The notes beneath the pieces are model-generated. The model ran no database searches. It was not told the DNA's origin and worked only from the letters and a program-made list of their open reading frames with translations. Source: the human T2T-CHM13v2.0 reference genome, Homo sapiens. Taken from it: DNA of 64,000 bases. The position numbers were made by a program, and so were the translations under genes. How positions within the stretch are numbered: position 1 is the stretch's first letter; every line of letters starts with the position of its first letter. The stretch lies in assembly GCF_009914755.1 (NCBI RefSeq), contig NC_060925.1; one strand, 5' to 3'. Below are positions 41,249 through 56,699 of this stretch, one piece after another.

Positions 41249-43261
41249 CCACATTTTCTTTATCCAGTCCACCACACCAGTGATGGGCATCCAGGTTGTC
41301 TTCATGTCTTTACTATTGTGAAAAGTGCTGTGATGAACTGTGCATACATGTGTTTTTCTGGTAGAATGATTTATATTCTGGGTATATATCCAGTAATTGG
41401 ATTGCTGGGTTGAATGGTAGTTCTGTTTTAAGTTCTTTAACAAATCTCCAAACTGCTTTCCACAGTAGCTGAATTAGTTTACATTTCCACCGGCAGTGTA
41501 CAAGTATTCTTTTTTCTCTGCAACCTCACCAACATCTGTTATTCTTTGACTCTTTAATAATAGCCATTCTGACTGGTATAAGGTGGTATCTTATTGTGGT
41601 TTTGATTAGAATTTCTTTAATGATTAGTGATGTTGAGCATTTTTTCATATGCTTATTGGCTGCATGTATGTCTTCTTTTGAAAAGTGTCTGTTCATGTCC
41701 TTTGTTCACTTTTTAATGGGGTTGTTTGTTTTTCGCTTGTTGATTTGTATAAGTTCCTCATAGAATCTGGATATTAGACCTTTGTTGGATGCATAGTTCA
41801 CAAATATTTTCTGTCATTCTTTAGATTGTCTGTTTACTCTGTTGATGGTCTCCTTTGCTAAGCAGAAGTGCTTTAGTTTAATTACGGCCCAGTTATACAT
41901 TTTTATTTTTGTTTGCAATTGCTTTTGAAATCTTCATCATGATATCTTTGTGAAGGCCTATGTCCACAGTGATATTTCATAGGTTTTCTTCTAGGGTTTT
42001 TATAGTTTTAGGTTTTATGTTTAAGTCTTTCATCCATCTTGAGTTGATTTTTGGATATGGTGAAAGGAAGGGGTCCAGTTTCAATCTTCTGCATACGGCT
42101 AACCAGTTATTCTAGCACCATTAATTGAAGAGGGAGTCCTTTCCCCATTGCTTGTTACTATTGACTTTGTTGAAGATCAAATGGTTATAGGTGTGTGGCT
42201 TTATTTCTGGGCTCTCTATTCTGTTCCATTGGTCTATGCATCTGTTTTTGTAACAGTGCCATGCTGTTTTCGTATACAAAGTAGCCTTGTAGTATAGTTT
42301 GAAGTTGGGTAGTATTCTTTTTCCTTAGGTTTACTTTGGCTATTCAGGCCTTTTTTGTTGTTTAATTCCATGTGAATTTTAAAATAGCTTTTTTCTAGTT
42401 GTATGAACAATGACATTGGTAGTTTGATAGGAATAGCACTGAATCTGTATTGCTTTGGGCAGTATGGTCATTTTAACCATATTCTTCCTATCCATAAGCA
42501 TGGAATATTTTTCGATTTGTCTTTGTTGTCTTTGATTTCTTTCAGCAATACTTTATAATTCTCACTGTAGATATATTTCACTTACCTGGTTAGCTGTATC
42601 CTGTAAACTGAAGTTTCAGGATACAAAACTGAAACTGAAAACTGAAGTTTTCCATCCATTCTAGGAGACTTTGAGCAGAGACTCTGGGGTTTTCTAGGTA
42701 TAGAATCATATCACCCGCAAAGAGATCTAGTTTGACATCCAGTCTTCCTATTTAAATGTCTTTTATTTCTTTCTTTTGCCTGATTGCTCTGTCTAGGATT
42801 TCCTGTACTGTCTTGAATAGGAGTGGTGAGGGTGGGCATTCCTGTCTTGTTCTCATTCTAAGGGGGAATGCTTTCTGCTTTTTCCCATTCCGTATGATGG
42901 GAAGTATGAGGTTGGCTGTGGGTTTCTTATAGATGGCTCTTATTATTTTGAGATATGTTCCTTTGATGCCTACTTTTTTGAGGGTTTTTAACATAAACAG
43001 ATGTTAAATTTTATTGAGAGCCTTTTCTGCATCTATTGAGATGATCATCCTGTCTTTGTTTTTAGTTCTCTTTATGTGATGAATCACATTTATTGATTTG
43101 TGTATGTTGAAGTAAACTTGCAACCCAGGGATAAAACCTACTTGATCATAATAGATTAGCTTTGCAATGTGGTGCTGGATTCAACTGGCTAGTATGTGTC
43201 TATGTTCATCAGGGACATTGTCCTGAAGTTTTCTTCCCTCATTGTGTCTGTGCCAGGTTTT

Positions 43262-43614
<353 letters not shown>

Positions 43615-46051
43615 TGATGCTGCCCTCATAGAATGACTTAGGGAGGCATCCCTCCTCCTCAATTTTTTGGAATAGTTTGATAGGTTGATACCACCCTTCT
43701 TTATATGTCTGGTATAATTCAGTTGTGAATCCATCTGTTCCCGGACTTTTTCTGGTTGGTAGTTCTTTAATTACTGATTAGATTTCAGAGCTCGTTATTG
43801 GTCTGTACAGATATGCGATTTCTTCCTGGCTCAATCTTGAAAGTTGGGTATTTCCAGGAATTCATTCATTTCTTCTAGGTTTTCTAGTTTGTGTGCATAG
43901 AGGTATTTGTAATAGTCTCTGAGGGTTTTATGTATTTGTTTGTGGTCAGTGGTAATGTCACCTTTGTCATTTCTGATTGTGTTTATTTGAATCTTCTCTC
44001 TTTTTTTCTTTATTAGTCTAGCTAGAAGTATATTAATCTATTTATTCTTTAAAAGTGCAAACTTTTGGTTTCACTTGTCTTTTGTACGGGTTTTTATGTC
44101 TCAATTCCATTCAGTTCAGCTCTGATTTTGGCTCTTTCTGCTAGCTTTGGAATTGGTTTCCTCTTGTTTGTCTAGTTTCTCTAGGTGGGATGTTAGGTTG
44201 TTAATTTGAGATCGTTCTACCATTTTGATGTTGGCATTTAGCACTCTAAACTTTCCCCTGAATAATGCTTTAGCTGTATCCCAGAGAATCTGGTATGTTG
44301 TATCATTGTTTTTATAAGTTTCAAACAATGTCTTTATTTCTGCCTTAATTTCATTCTTTACCCAAAAGTCATTCAGGAGCAGGTTGTTTAATTTCCATGT
44401 AATTGTACAGTTTTCAAAAATCCTCTTGGTATTGATTTCAATTTTTATTGCACTGTGGTCTTTGAATGTGGTTCGTATGATTTTGGTTTTTTGAGTTTGT
44501 TAGGAATTGCTTTATGGCCGAACAGGTGGTCAATCTTGCAGTATGTGCCATGCGCAGATGAGAACATATATTCTGTTGTTTTGGGATGGAGTGTTCTGTA
44601 GATATCTGCTGGATCAAGTTTAGATCCTGCAGCTTTATTAGTTTTCTGCCTCAATGAACCGTCTAACCCTTAGAGTGGGCTGTTGAAGTTTCCCACTATT
44701 ATTGTGTGGTAATTTAAGTCTCTTTGCAGGTCTATAATAACTTGTTTTATGAGTCTGAGTGCTCCAGTGTTCGGTGCATATATATTTAGGATAGTTGTCT
44801 TCTTGTCGAATTAAACACTTTATCATTTTGTAATTCCCTTCTTTGTCCTTTTTGATCACTGTTGGTTTAAAGTTTGTTTTGTCTGACATAAAAATAACAA
44901 TCCCTGGTCTTTTTGTTTTCTGTTTGCTTGATAAATCTTTCTCCATTCCTTTTCTTTGAGCCTTTGGGTGTCATGGCATGTGAGATGGGTTTCTTGAAGA
45001 GTACACGCAGGTGGGTGTTACTTTTTCATCCAACTTCCCACTCTGTGCCTTTTAAGTGAGGCCTTTAGCCCGTTTACTTTCAACATTAATATTGCTTTGT
45101 GCGGATTTGATTCTGTCATTGTGTTGTTAGCTGGTTGTTGCGTAGAACTGATTGTATAGTTGCTATATTGTCAGTGGGATATGTACTTAAGTGTGTTTTT
45201 GTGGTGTCGGATAACAGCTTTTTGTTTCCACGTTTAGCAGTCCCTTAAGGACCTCTTGCAAGGCAGGGTGTAATGAATTCCCTTAGGATTTGCTTGTCCA
45301 AAAAGGATTTTATTACTCTTTTGCTTGGGAAGCTTAGTTCAGCTTGATATGAAATTCTTGGTTGGAATTTCTTTTTCTCAACGTTGCTTAATATAGACCC
45401 ACAGTCTCTTCTGGCTTGTACAGTTTCTGCTGAAAGGTTTGTTGTTAGGTTGTTAGCCTAATGGGGCTCCCTTTATATGTGACTTGCTCCTTCTCTCTAG
45501 CTGCCCATAATATTTTTTCTTTCATGTTGACAATGGAGAATCTGATGACTATGTGTCTTGGGGATGGTCATCTTGTATAGTTTCTTGCAGGGTTTCTCTG
45601 AGTTTCCTAAATTTGCATGTCAATCTTTCTAGCGAGGCTTGGGAAATTTTAGTGGACAATATCCTTAAGTATGTTTTCCAAGTTGCCTGCTCTCTCTCCT
45701 TCTCTTTCTGGTATGCCAGTAAGTGATAGGTTTGGTCTCTGTACATAATCCCATATTTTTGGAGGTTTTGTTAATTTTTTAAAAACGCTTTTTTCTTTAT
45801 TTTTTTCTGAGTTGATTCGAATAACATCAGTTCTGAATCAGGCTCTGAGATTCTTTCCTCAGCTTGGTCTCTTCTGTTGTTAATACTTTGATTGTATTAT
45901 AACATTCTTGTAGGGAGATTTTCAGCTCTAGAAGATTAGTTCAATTCTTTCTTAAAATGGCTATTTTACTTTTCAGCTCTTGCATCATTTTATTGGATTA
46001 CTTGGACTGAGTTTCAGCTTTCTCTTGAATCTCAAGGAGCTTTGTTGCCAT

Positions 46052-46330
46052 CATAGGGTGTTTTTATACAGCCTATATGCTAAAAATAGTTTTTAAGTTT
46101 TTACATTAAAAAATCAAAAGAAGATTTTTTGATATGCAATTACATGAGAATCAAATATTCACAATAAATGTTTCATTGGCACGCACTCATACCTATTTGT
46201 TTATATATTGTCTGTGGCTAATTTCCTGCTACAGGATAGAGTTACGTAGTTGTAACTCTGGCTGTGTGGCCTGAAAAGATGACAATAGTTATTATCTGGC
46301 CCTTTAGAGAAAAAGTTTGGTGACCCCTGA
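46052..46330 (+). mobile_element. MER58(B-like) 3' part
   Basis: 'catacctatttgtttatatattgtctgtggct...tatctggccctttagagaaaaagtttggtgacccctg'. Confidence 0.8.
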
Positions 46331-48949
46331 TTTGGACAATTTGATTCTGAAACTTATCTGGTTATTCCTACATCCTTAAATTATGCTGTTTTTCAAAAAA
46401 TTTTTTTAAATTAAGCTACACATATAATTTCCAACACTGGGTTTATGATACATACATGTGTCAGGATTCTGGGGCTCCCTGACTCATTTATTGTATCTAG
46501 TGGTAATCCTGGAAGATGGGCCCATATAGCTATCAAGTGGGGATTTGGATATTTTGATAAAGTGAATTATGCAACAGAGAAATAAAGTGTGAGGTCCACT
46601 ACCTCAGAGATAGAAAATAAATTGTTATATCTCTAGACAGACTTTGCAAGAACCCAGGGAAAATTGGGGACAAAACGACAACTTTAAGTAGTCTTCAGCA
46701 AAGAGATGACAATTGAAGACATAACAAAAATGTAATTAAAACCCAGGAATTTATACTCCAAAATGGACTATTTACATACAACCTAGAACAGATCCTCTCT
46801 CTACATTATAGTACTTTTCTGAAAAGGCTGACTACATCATTTGTCATTTTCTGGAAGTAAAAGGATGATGGTTCTGGTTGTTACTCATCTTCATTGATTT
46901 TTCCTTTTGCCAGAAATAGTTTAGGGTGGAGAAAAGAAACACTGGGCAGAATTGAAGAAGGAGGCATAAGAAGGGAAGCTAAGACTATTCTGGGCACATT
47001 CCTAACTTTTGTTGATGACTTCATGGAAAGCAACTTTTACATTCTCCAATAATTCATTTCCAGTATTAAAATAAATGCCAGGCCAGCAGCTTGATCCAAT
47101 GTAGTATTTCCAGATATTTGTGATTTTGTGCCCCAGTGTATCAAAGAGAAAATCATTAACTGCCTCCTAAGTGCAAAGCTGGCACTTTAGACTTTTCTCT
47201 CTCTTTCCATCAGGCTATAAGAATTTAAGATTGTGAGTAGCCTGAGGCCAGAGATGTCATTTTACTCATATGTGTTTCATACTCACCCTAACCCCTAGCT
47301 TAGCATATGGCAATGATATCATATGCCTGAAGGAATTAATTGTCTGGTTTATCTGCCTGCTGTGAAACCACTAGTTTGTTACCTTAATAGGTAAATAATT
47401 CATTTTTTGTGTGTGAACTTTCAATTTTTTTGTTCTTGTTTGTTTCTCCCCAGGAATAATGTATTACAGTCTTCCATACCATTAAAAAATTCTCTTTTAC
47501 ATCTTATAGCCTGCCATTTAGACATTCTGTCCTCACCATCTCTTTCCAAACCCTAATCTTTCACATGAAAAATGAACAATAATTGAATGCCTACCTGCTC
47601 AGCTCATTTTCAAACTTTCTAATCTCCTATTTACCTCTTGGCCTCTTATAATTTGGGTTCCACCATTCCTTAGTCCTATTCTCAATTTTTTCAGAATTTT
47701 CTATTTCTTTTCATGTTGGTTGTATTCTTTCTATAATTTTCTTTTTTTAGCTTTTTAATTTATTTTATAAAATATAGGCTTATTATATTAACTCTTTAAA
47801 AATCAAAGCTTTATTTTATTGAAATAATATTTAGACATGGATTAGAAAAAGATAAATATAAGTAGTATAATGAAGAACAATAGTTTTCTATGTTTTTCCA
47901 GATCCTGCATGTTTACTGCTCATCAGAGGAAACCACTTTCGCCCCCTTTAGATATTTCCTACGGTATTTGTCTTATATTTGAAAATAATAAGGATGTTTG
48001 GATGTATGGTCATTTCTCTATTTTTTTAGTCTCTACTTTGAAAGATGAGGCATTAAATCTTTTATCTAATTTACAACTCATTTTCTTAGTTTTCATCTTC
48101 CCAAAATAGTTACATCACACATTTGATTATTTATTCTTTTACTAGAATATAGAACATTATGTTCAAATGTAATCCCAAAATCTCTGCCAAAAATTTAAAC
48201 CATCTTTCAATATGGTCAAACAAGACAAGTTATCTTTCTGTCACATTATTCTTCTTAAAGACATATCTTGGAACCCTCAGTCCTTCTGTTCTAATTTGTT
48301 CTGGTTGTTCTCTAGACTGCCTGAAAAGGGAAGTCAATAGAAGATCTGTAATCTTCCTATCCCTCCTAGGGACACCTGAAGCAACCTTGACCTTGGACTA
48401 AAACACTGTGAAATGATGCCTGCAATACAAACACAGCTAAAAGATATATGAAGATTCAATGGAAATCACTGTATATTGATTACTGACCCAGGAATGCATT
48501 CAATAGGATGTACCTAGAATTTTTATTGTAAATTAGTCTGCAATTCATAGATTAATGGGCTATAGCTGCACTGGTAGTGGGAATTAGTCATGTAGTCAAA
48601 ATATGACTATGTGATAAGATTTATAAACTGAGTGACCCAAAAACTTAGCAGCTTTCCCGTGCTAGCTTGCATCATGCACAGAAATTAACCCAACACAACC
48701 AAAATGGGTAAGAGGCATAGGAAGCTGAGTCTTGTGGATTAGGGGACTCCCAGATATTGACAAGATAAAGGCTGTATGTGGCTCCCTTCTTGTGTTATTT
48801 GACAGTCATTACTAATTCTTGTGTTACCTCTGAGTCTAATTAGCTATCTGGGTCTTTGTGATCACACACTGCTACACAGCCAATATTCTGTTTACTCCAT
48901 CAATGGGAATTATCCTCATGTCTCTACTGTGCTGAATTCCCTCATTTGT

Positions 48950-49170
48950 TTAAGTGTATAGACTCCAGAGAACAGTTTCCTGGGCTTGAGTCCTGCTACC
49001 ACTTACTAGATGTTGTATATTACTTAGTTTCTCTAGCCTGAAATTCGCTCATCTGTAAATTGGGGATAGTAATATTTTCTATCACAGTAGAGTGCTATGA
49101 ATGAATTACATGTGTAAAGCATTTAGAGAAGCACATGACAAAATAGAACTGTGTAAGTAATAGCTATAAT
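48950..49170. mobile_element. MIR SINE
   Basis: 'ccacttactagatg...ctcatctgtaaattggggatagtaata...tgtaaagcatttaga'. Confidence 0.65.
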
Positions 49171-49174
49171 TAAA

Positions 49175-50000
49175 GCATACTCTCAATAGTTTCATGAGAA
49201 AAGATATATGAGAGATATATATTTTAAACCATCATGCTGAAAACTTTATTCTCACATCCTATTTGACATGATAATTTAGCAGTTTGGGGAATTGCAAGTT
49301 GGGAAGCACTTTCCCTCAAGTTTCAAAAAGTGTTTTTCCATTATTTCTAGTTTTTGTTGTTGCTTTTGAGAAGATCAATGTCACTTCAACTCTCAAATCC
49401 TTTATAAAGTCTTTTTTCTCTCTAAATGTTTAAAAATGTCTCTTTGCACATGGTGTTGCAAATTTTACAACGGCGTGTCTTATTATGAATCTTTTTCCTT
49501 CATCTTTTGAGCATCCAGTCAACTTTTTTAACCTAGAATTTAATGTTCTTCAATTTCAGATTTTTTGGAGTTATTCTTTCATTATTCCTGCTCTGTTGTT
49601 ATTGCTGTTGTTTTGCATTTTCATTTCTTAAATTTTTATTAGTCATATATTGGCTTCATAGATTAATCTCATTTTCTTATCAGTCTTTCTTATTTTTCAC
49701 CCATTTTTTCCTACTTTCTTAAGAGTTCTTTTACTTCAATTTTTTGCTCTTCTATTATAATTTTTATTTCTCCCTATATATTTCTAATTTCCAAGGGCTA
49801 TCTTTTTAGTTCTCTAAATGTTCCTCTTTATTGTGTCTTGTTCTTACTTCATGGTTCATAGAAAACTGTGTGTTTATACATATGTTTATACGTGTATATA
49901 AAGTAACACATGTAAACATACACACAGATAAGCACTCATGGCTTTTTGAGTTAAATGTTTTCCTCAAATATCTAAGGATCTTTGGCCATTTGTATTTCAG
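49175..50000 (-). mobile_element. Ancient L1M relic
   Basis: Strongly T-rich with motifs such as 'ttgttgcttttgagaag' and 'ttttccctcaag'; boundaries uncertain. Confidence 0.45.
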
Positions 50001-50084
50001 AGTGAGGCACTACAAAGACAATTGGAACCTATGGTAAATGAATCAGTGGTGAATATAGTAAGTACTACACTTACTCTTTTATAA

Positions 50085-50260
50085 ACTGGGCTATAAGAAT
50101 TGAAAAGGGCATGAGGTAAATTTCTAGATGCTGTTAATGTTTTTCTATTTCTTGGCCTGAGTGATGATTGTAATAGTTTCTTTCTTTGTCATACTTCATT
50201 GATCTGCATACTCATGATTTGCATTTTTTTCTATATCGTATTTCAATACCTCAACAAAAG
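50085..50260 (+). mobile_element. L1ME-type 3' end fragment
   Basis: 'gaaaagggcatgagg...gatgctgttaatgtt...tatttcttggcctgagtgatg...cattgatctgcatact'. Confidence 0.6.
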
Positions 50261-53200
50261 GCAGATTATCAAGGGCCTTTGCCAAGAAGTTGGCTTCATT
50301 ATATGATAATTAACCAGAAAAGGGTTTTTTTTTTTTTTGGTGGGCGGGGTGTTATTAATTGAGGCAATCCAAGTGTTGCTGTTGATCTAATCTCTTGGAC
50401 AATACCTTATACCATAAGAGTGGCCTAAGTTCTACCTGGGTATGTAGGCTAAGAATTAACTGCATTGTACTGGAAGCAAAATGGGGAGAGGAGCTAGACT
50501 TAGAGCCATTGTTAGTGGTTTTCACATAAACTCTTGTTTTTGGAGTGGCTCCCTGTCCTCAATACATCCTGGATACCCTGAGTTCAGTTTCTTATGCTCA
50601 ACCACTCTGGAGAATCAACCACTTAATCTCCCACCCCACTGGGAATGGAATATGCCTGTTGGCTGTATGGAATCGATATAGGAAAGGATATGGTGGTTTA
50701 ATACTTTATTTATTTATTTTTTCAGAATCTAAACCAGTCCTTCTGTATTCAGACCCACTGTTACCCCCACCTTCTAAGGCACCAGCCACCTGCAATTATT
50801 GAGCCTTTCCTAGACAGAGTTGTGAAATTTGGCTGTATTTTTGGCGTTGCCATACATGCTGTTACCTTCTTCATAATATTGGGTCAAGTACCACTTTTGT
50901 TGCTTTGTTTTCCAGCTTTTGAAATGTTGCTCTTCTCTTCTTAACTGTTCTTTTTGTTTAGAAGTTTCCTTTTAATCCTTTCACTGTCATTCTGGTTATG
51001 TTTTAGGAACAATCAGAAGTAACTGCATGTTTTCAATTTGCTCTGCTTGAGTAGAAGTGTTGATTCTCCCTGTTTCTCATCCCACTTGTCCTCGGATTTG
51101 AGCTCACACTTTCCCCAGACTTCATTGACCGCATTCATAATGTTGACTTCTGATTCTAGTCCTCTAGCCTTGACCTCTTCAAATTTCTAACCTTATGTTC
51201 CAAATATGTTCCATGTGAGTGAATCATAGGTCCCTCAGATTCATCTTGATCATAATTAAACCCATTATTTTACCTTACCACTACAAAAGATTGACGGATA
51301 TTTGACTCATTCAGCTTCCTCATTACTTCTCATTTTAATCCATTATCAAATCCTATACATTCTGTCTCCAGGATTTCTAGCAAATTTGACTTCTTTCCAC
51401 TCCTCTTGTTCTGCTTTGAATCTGGGCAGTCAAAATGGCTTCTTATACTTCCAGACTATTCTAAAAACATCTGCCAGGTTTTGATTATTTTAACTTTACC
51501 ATTATACTAGAAGCAAATCCAAACTTCTTGAGCTGGCAATTTGAGATTTTTTATTATGTCCCTTTAGAACATTTTTCTACTTTAATCTTTTATGATCTTT
51601 CTCTTAATTTACCCACAAATCTTCTGCTGTAGAACCTCTGTACTCACTGTTCTGTGTGTAATTCTTTCTCCCTCTTTCCTTAGTCAACTCCTGTTTTTCC
51701 TTCAGTGTGCACTTCAGTTGTCTAAGTCAGTTTTCTTTCATACAGTCTTTCTTAGTTTTTTTTTTTCTTTCCTGAGAATTCTTATTTCAGTTTGCTTTTT
51801 CAATACTCTGATTACCCTATTGAGGGTGGGGGTGAGGTTTTAAAAGACAGTAGTTATTGTAAGCTGATGACAATATTCTTCTGGCAGTAAATTTTCCCCC
51901 AGAGAACCAACGTTTATTGGACAATAATGAGATACTTTAAATTTAAACTTAGCACCATCTGTAGCTAAAGAAGAATAGTTGAAGAGAATGGCAGGTGACC
52001 AGCACATTCTGTTAGAAAATCCAAGTTGATTGTAGCCCTTTACAGTGATGTAAGAACCCAGTACCTAAGTCTTCCGGCTAAGAAATTATCACGAATGGTC
52101 TTTGGATGTCAAATTGGAAATATTCATATCTGAGCAAGATGAAAGTTTCTGAGAGAATAATCAAACACAACTGGAAAATACCATACCACAAACTTGGTGT
52201 CGTGATGACTTTACAATCTTTTATAACTATAAACCATTTAACGTTCTTCAATAAAAGCTTGGAAAAGGCCAAATAGCATGCAATTTTCTTTGGCAGAAAA
52301 AAAAAAGCCTGATTTAAGCACAGCGAAAAGGTTTGTATGGGTTCAAAAGGAGTGACAAAGACACTGCTTTTGCTGTATTGGCCTGCTTTCAACTTTTATG
52401 TCCAAAACAAATGAATCTGGATGGAAGTAGTTAAAACAGCAAAGTGAGCTAGTTCAATTCTTTTAAAGATATTATTGCTACACTATCCTCCCCCATTTGT
52501 AATCTGTGTCAGGAGATAGAGACCACTTCAACTCAATGAGTCACTTCAACTTCCTAGCCAGAACAATTAAAATTCTTGTATAAAACAAGACCTGAAGCCT
52601 GCCCTTCACCACATCACCTCACCTCAAAAAGGCCCAAGGGTCACATCTGACATTTAACAGCTCACAAATTCAATTTTGTAACTAATGAAGCCAACTTAAT
52701 GCTTTTACAAATGAATACTGGGTTATTGCAAATTTTCTTCTTCAACATTTGGGTAATATATAAAATGTATTGTCAGTTCAACTGCCAGCCTGAATAACAT
52801 TATATATGCCTCTTCATCATGATGGCATGATGGAGATAGCATTTGTAAGCCAGTGGTAGGGAGAATTAGAAGAGGATAAGACAGTCTTCCATCCCTCACT
52901 CTCCTTTCTCCATGCACAGACCCCCCCAAGGAAAGAAAGTAAGGAAGAGGAAGCCTCAACAAATACAGCCCAGAAACACAGATGTACAGTTTGTCTAGCT
53001 AGTACTCCTGCTGACTAGATGAAGACGGCACTAGCCTCAAGGATTAACTGCACTGCCCTACAAGTTACTGAAACAGTTAATGCAATTTGCAGATTTGCGT
53101 CTTCTTTATTGCTAGCAGCTGAGCAGCTTTTTTCCTCCTCCTCCTTTCAGTTGTTATTGATGTCTTGCCATATTTTGCATACAATCCCCTAAACAGCATT

Positions 53201-53989
53201 AGCTCATTTTTACTCCAGTCTTGCAGATTACCTCATCTGGGTTATGTTCTTTGGTGCGTTGGTGTTGAGTGTTGAATATGTCTTAATTTTTCATTCTTAA
53301 AGGCATTCTCAACCATAATAGGTACTTAATAAGTTTGATCTTCTTTTACATCATGTGTTTGACCTGCCTATGAGAAGGACTCCCAGATTTTCATTTCTTC
53401 ATTTGTTGGTATCTATAGTAGGTGGATTTATGTGGAAAGACAGAGGGAGTGTTATGTTACTTTCCTTTATTTCTCAGTTGTTTATGAAGCCCATCCTCTT
53501 CCTGGAATGTATATTTGACATGATTGCAATGAAGGTTCTATTTTCATCCAGCTTAAGATAACAAAGGGCTCTGCCACTTCATTTAAAAACAGATTTTTTT
53601 TCTAAGACATTTTTGATTACACTTTGTTCAATCATACTCTCTACATTTTCTACTCAGGACTCAGAACTCAGTTTTAAAGACAACCAAATTTAATTCAGAT
53701 AAATTAACCACATGTACTTGGGAACATGCTATTCCCTCCCCCAACCCTTGTCACATGCATACCGTGTTCATGCAGTCTAATGCAAATTTAATTACCACTC
53801 CTTTTTCCCCACTATGCCAATTAAATCTTAGAGTCGAAAACATGCCAAAGGTCTTGTGCCATCCTGCTTCTGAGCTTTTTCCCTTAGGTACTTGAAGCAC
53901 CATCTCTGGCTCTCTGTCACTGTCTCTATCTTTCTCTGTATGTATCTTCATCTCTGCCTCTGTGCCTTTATCTGTATCACCATCTACCT

Positions 53990-54430
53990 ACCTACTTGCA
54001 GTATGAATGTATAAGCCTTTATGGTTTCCTAGCTACCTATAAGGGACTGGGCAAAAAAGATAAGAGAGGCTCAGTCCCTTTCCTTCAGAAGTCCATAGCT
54101 GAGTGTAGAAGAAAGAGATGTTTAAAAAGACACATTTCAGTTAAATGGAGTAAGAGGAGGAATAAACAAAGTGGCATGAAAGCTGCATGAAAGACTGATT
54201 AGCTTTGCTTGTGAATTGGGTTAGGTTTTACAGAGTGGATGAAATCTGCTGACAGATGAGTAGGAGTTTGCAAAACAGAAGTGGGGGTGGTGGTAGTAAA
54301 GGCAGAGAGAACAGTATGTGCAAAGGCATACTCAGTTAAATGTTTAGTGTGTTTTGGGAATGGCAAGGGAGCCAATGTGGCTGGAGTTTGGGTTGTGTGG
54401 GAAGGAATGGCAGAAACCCAGGCTACAGGG
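53990..54430. mobile_element. L2 relic
   Basis: 'gatgagtaggagtttgc...ggcagagagaacagtatgtgcaaaggcat...gccaatgtggctggag'. Confidence 0.6.
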
Positions 54431-56699
54431 ATGGAAAAGACCCATTAGGTCATAGTCCCTTTTCCCCATCTCTTCCTTCTCTCTCTTCAAGCCAAAGTAT
54501 CCATGATGTTCTCATCCACGACTGGCCCAAGAAAATGTATTTAATCTCTTTGAACTAAAATAAAGGAGGTCAAGAATGGAGACAGACTAGAAGCCAGGTC
54601 ACAACCTTTCTTCTCAATAGCAAAAAAACTCTTTGGTTTTGCATGTGAATGTCTTTGTGCTTTTTAAATTTGAGTTACTCAGTGTTTGGGTAATGTTCTA
54701 TTTTTAATCTGTTTGCTAAAGTCAGCCATTCCTCATCCTTAAGACCATTTATCTAGATCTACAAAAGGATAAAATGTCATTTGATGTATCTTTATGAAAT
54801 TGCAATTGACTTATTATTTGAGATTCAGAGCTGGCATTAACAGGAGTGATGAAAAACAAATTATTTACTGAGTCTTTCCTCTTTCCTCCCCACACACAGT
54901 CAAAACATTCTTCTCTCCCCCAGAGCAACCAAGCAAGCTCTATTATACCTCCACTAAGGGACGATTTAATTTCTTCTTCCATTTAGTCCAAGAATGACTG
55001 CATGCCTTTTAATTATAGGAGGTATTCCTTTGTAATGATGGCAGTAGAAATTGCATAACTATAACTTCAGATAATACTCATTAGATTTCTTATTTAGGAA
55101 AACTTCAAATTGTGCTGCAAGAGACAGCAAGAACTTAGTTCATGAGATCCTTTTACCAAAAGTACTAAAATCTTTAAAGAGCCAAGAGCGCTTTTTCCAT
55201 TTGTAGATATTAAGTTAACCATTAAACAAGTATTGTGTTTTGCAAGATACCAAAAAAGGAAGGCCAAGTTGCGTTTGAGAATCACGTTAAAAGCCAAGAT
55301 TAGAGCTAAAAGGTATGACGGTGTCCTAGGAATCATCTAGTAATATGGACGGAAACAAGAAATTTAAAAGGAATTTTTTAATTTGAATAGGCTGGCTGAA
55401 ATGTCAAAAGTCGATATCAAAATACACTAAATGAAGTCTCATGCATATGGCATGAAGCACAATTCCTACTATAAAGCAATTCCAAGAAAATGTGATAAAA
55501 TTAGAATATCATAAAAAATTAGAAATATAAATCAGAATATAGTTTTTAGTGAAAAATATTTCTATTTAACCTTATTTTTTCTAAACATTTAGAGAAATCG
55601 ATTTTTTTCAGTATGACTTTTAAGGTGTTCTTATTCACAATCTTACTTAAAATTTAATATCAAATGCATTTTACAGCAAGATGATAAGTATCAAAATTAA
55701 TTTTTATGATCTATAATTGCCTATTTTAAAACATGTGATGTACAAAGTGCAATTCATCATTATTAGTGTTCACACACAAATTATACTGTACAGTGAGACT
55801 ATGTTTTAGTTATCTTTGTTCTTTTTCCCTTAGTGATTTTATGTAACTACATAATTAAAAAAAGAAAGAAACAAAGCATAATAGTCATTCATTATAAGCC
55901 CTTCATAAAGAGTGTAAAGGTTAATATATACTGTACATATATGTGTGTATGTAACAATCACTTTGTGCCAGGCATTTTGTCAATTGCATACATCCAATGT
56001 AAGCCTTAAAACAACTCCAGAAGAGAGGTAACATTAATCCAATTTTGCCGAAGAGAAAAAACATGAGTCAGAGAAAAGTTTTAAGTACCCAGCCTGAGTT
56101 CAAGGGGCCAGTAAGCAGCAAAGCTTGAATCTGACATGTCTGTTAAGGCTTACTTACATCCAAGCTCTTAGTCACTACTGTGTATAACCTTGCTGCCATT
56201 GAGGGAGTGGGTGTGTAATTCTTGGTTGACACACAAAGTGGTCCTGATTTATTTCTTATTTTGAAATAAAAATGGGCAATCTTTGGGTTATCAACAGTAG
56301 AAACTAATGTAGGGAGAAACATAAATATTCAAATTAATGGTCTGTAAATAGAATAATTTCTATCCTTAATTATTTCCTTTCAAAAAGGAAACACTGCTTA
56401 CTATCTTCACAGTTTGTTCTAAGAAACTGGGAATTCAAAAGTTCTGTATGTTTTTTTAATCTACCTAATCAAAGTCATTCTTGCTGTCATTTGAATGTAT
56501 ATTCTTTTCCCTGCATCATTTTAAACAAGGAAGCCAGGAATAATTGCTACTTAACTGTCTATTCTACATGATTTATTTTAACTCTGAAGTCATTGCTTAA
56601 TATTTTTTTCTGAAATTCTGATTTATATCATCAATTTTGAAAGAGAGAAGATCATGAGACATGAAGAATTTTATAAACTCTTCAAAATATAATCTAGAT

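Noticed and set aside
47420-47560. Strong + strand acceptor (ttgttcttgtttgtttctccccag|g)
   Set aside because: I found no matching donor or recognisable reading frame downstream, and such tracts are common in T-rich introns.
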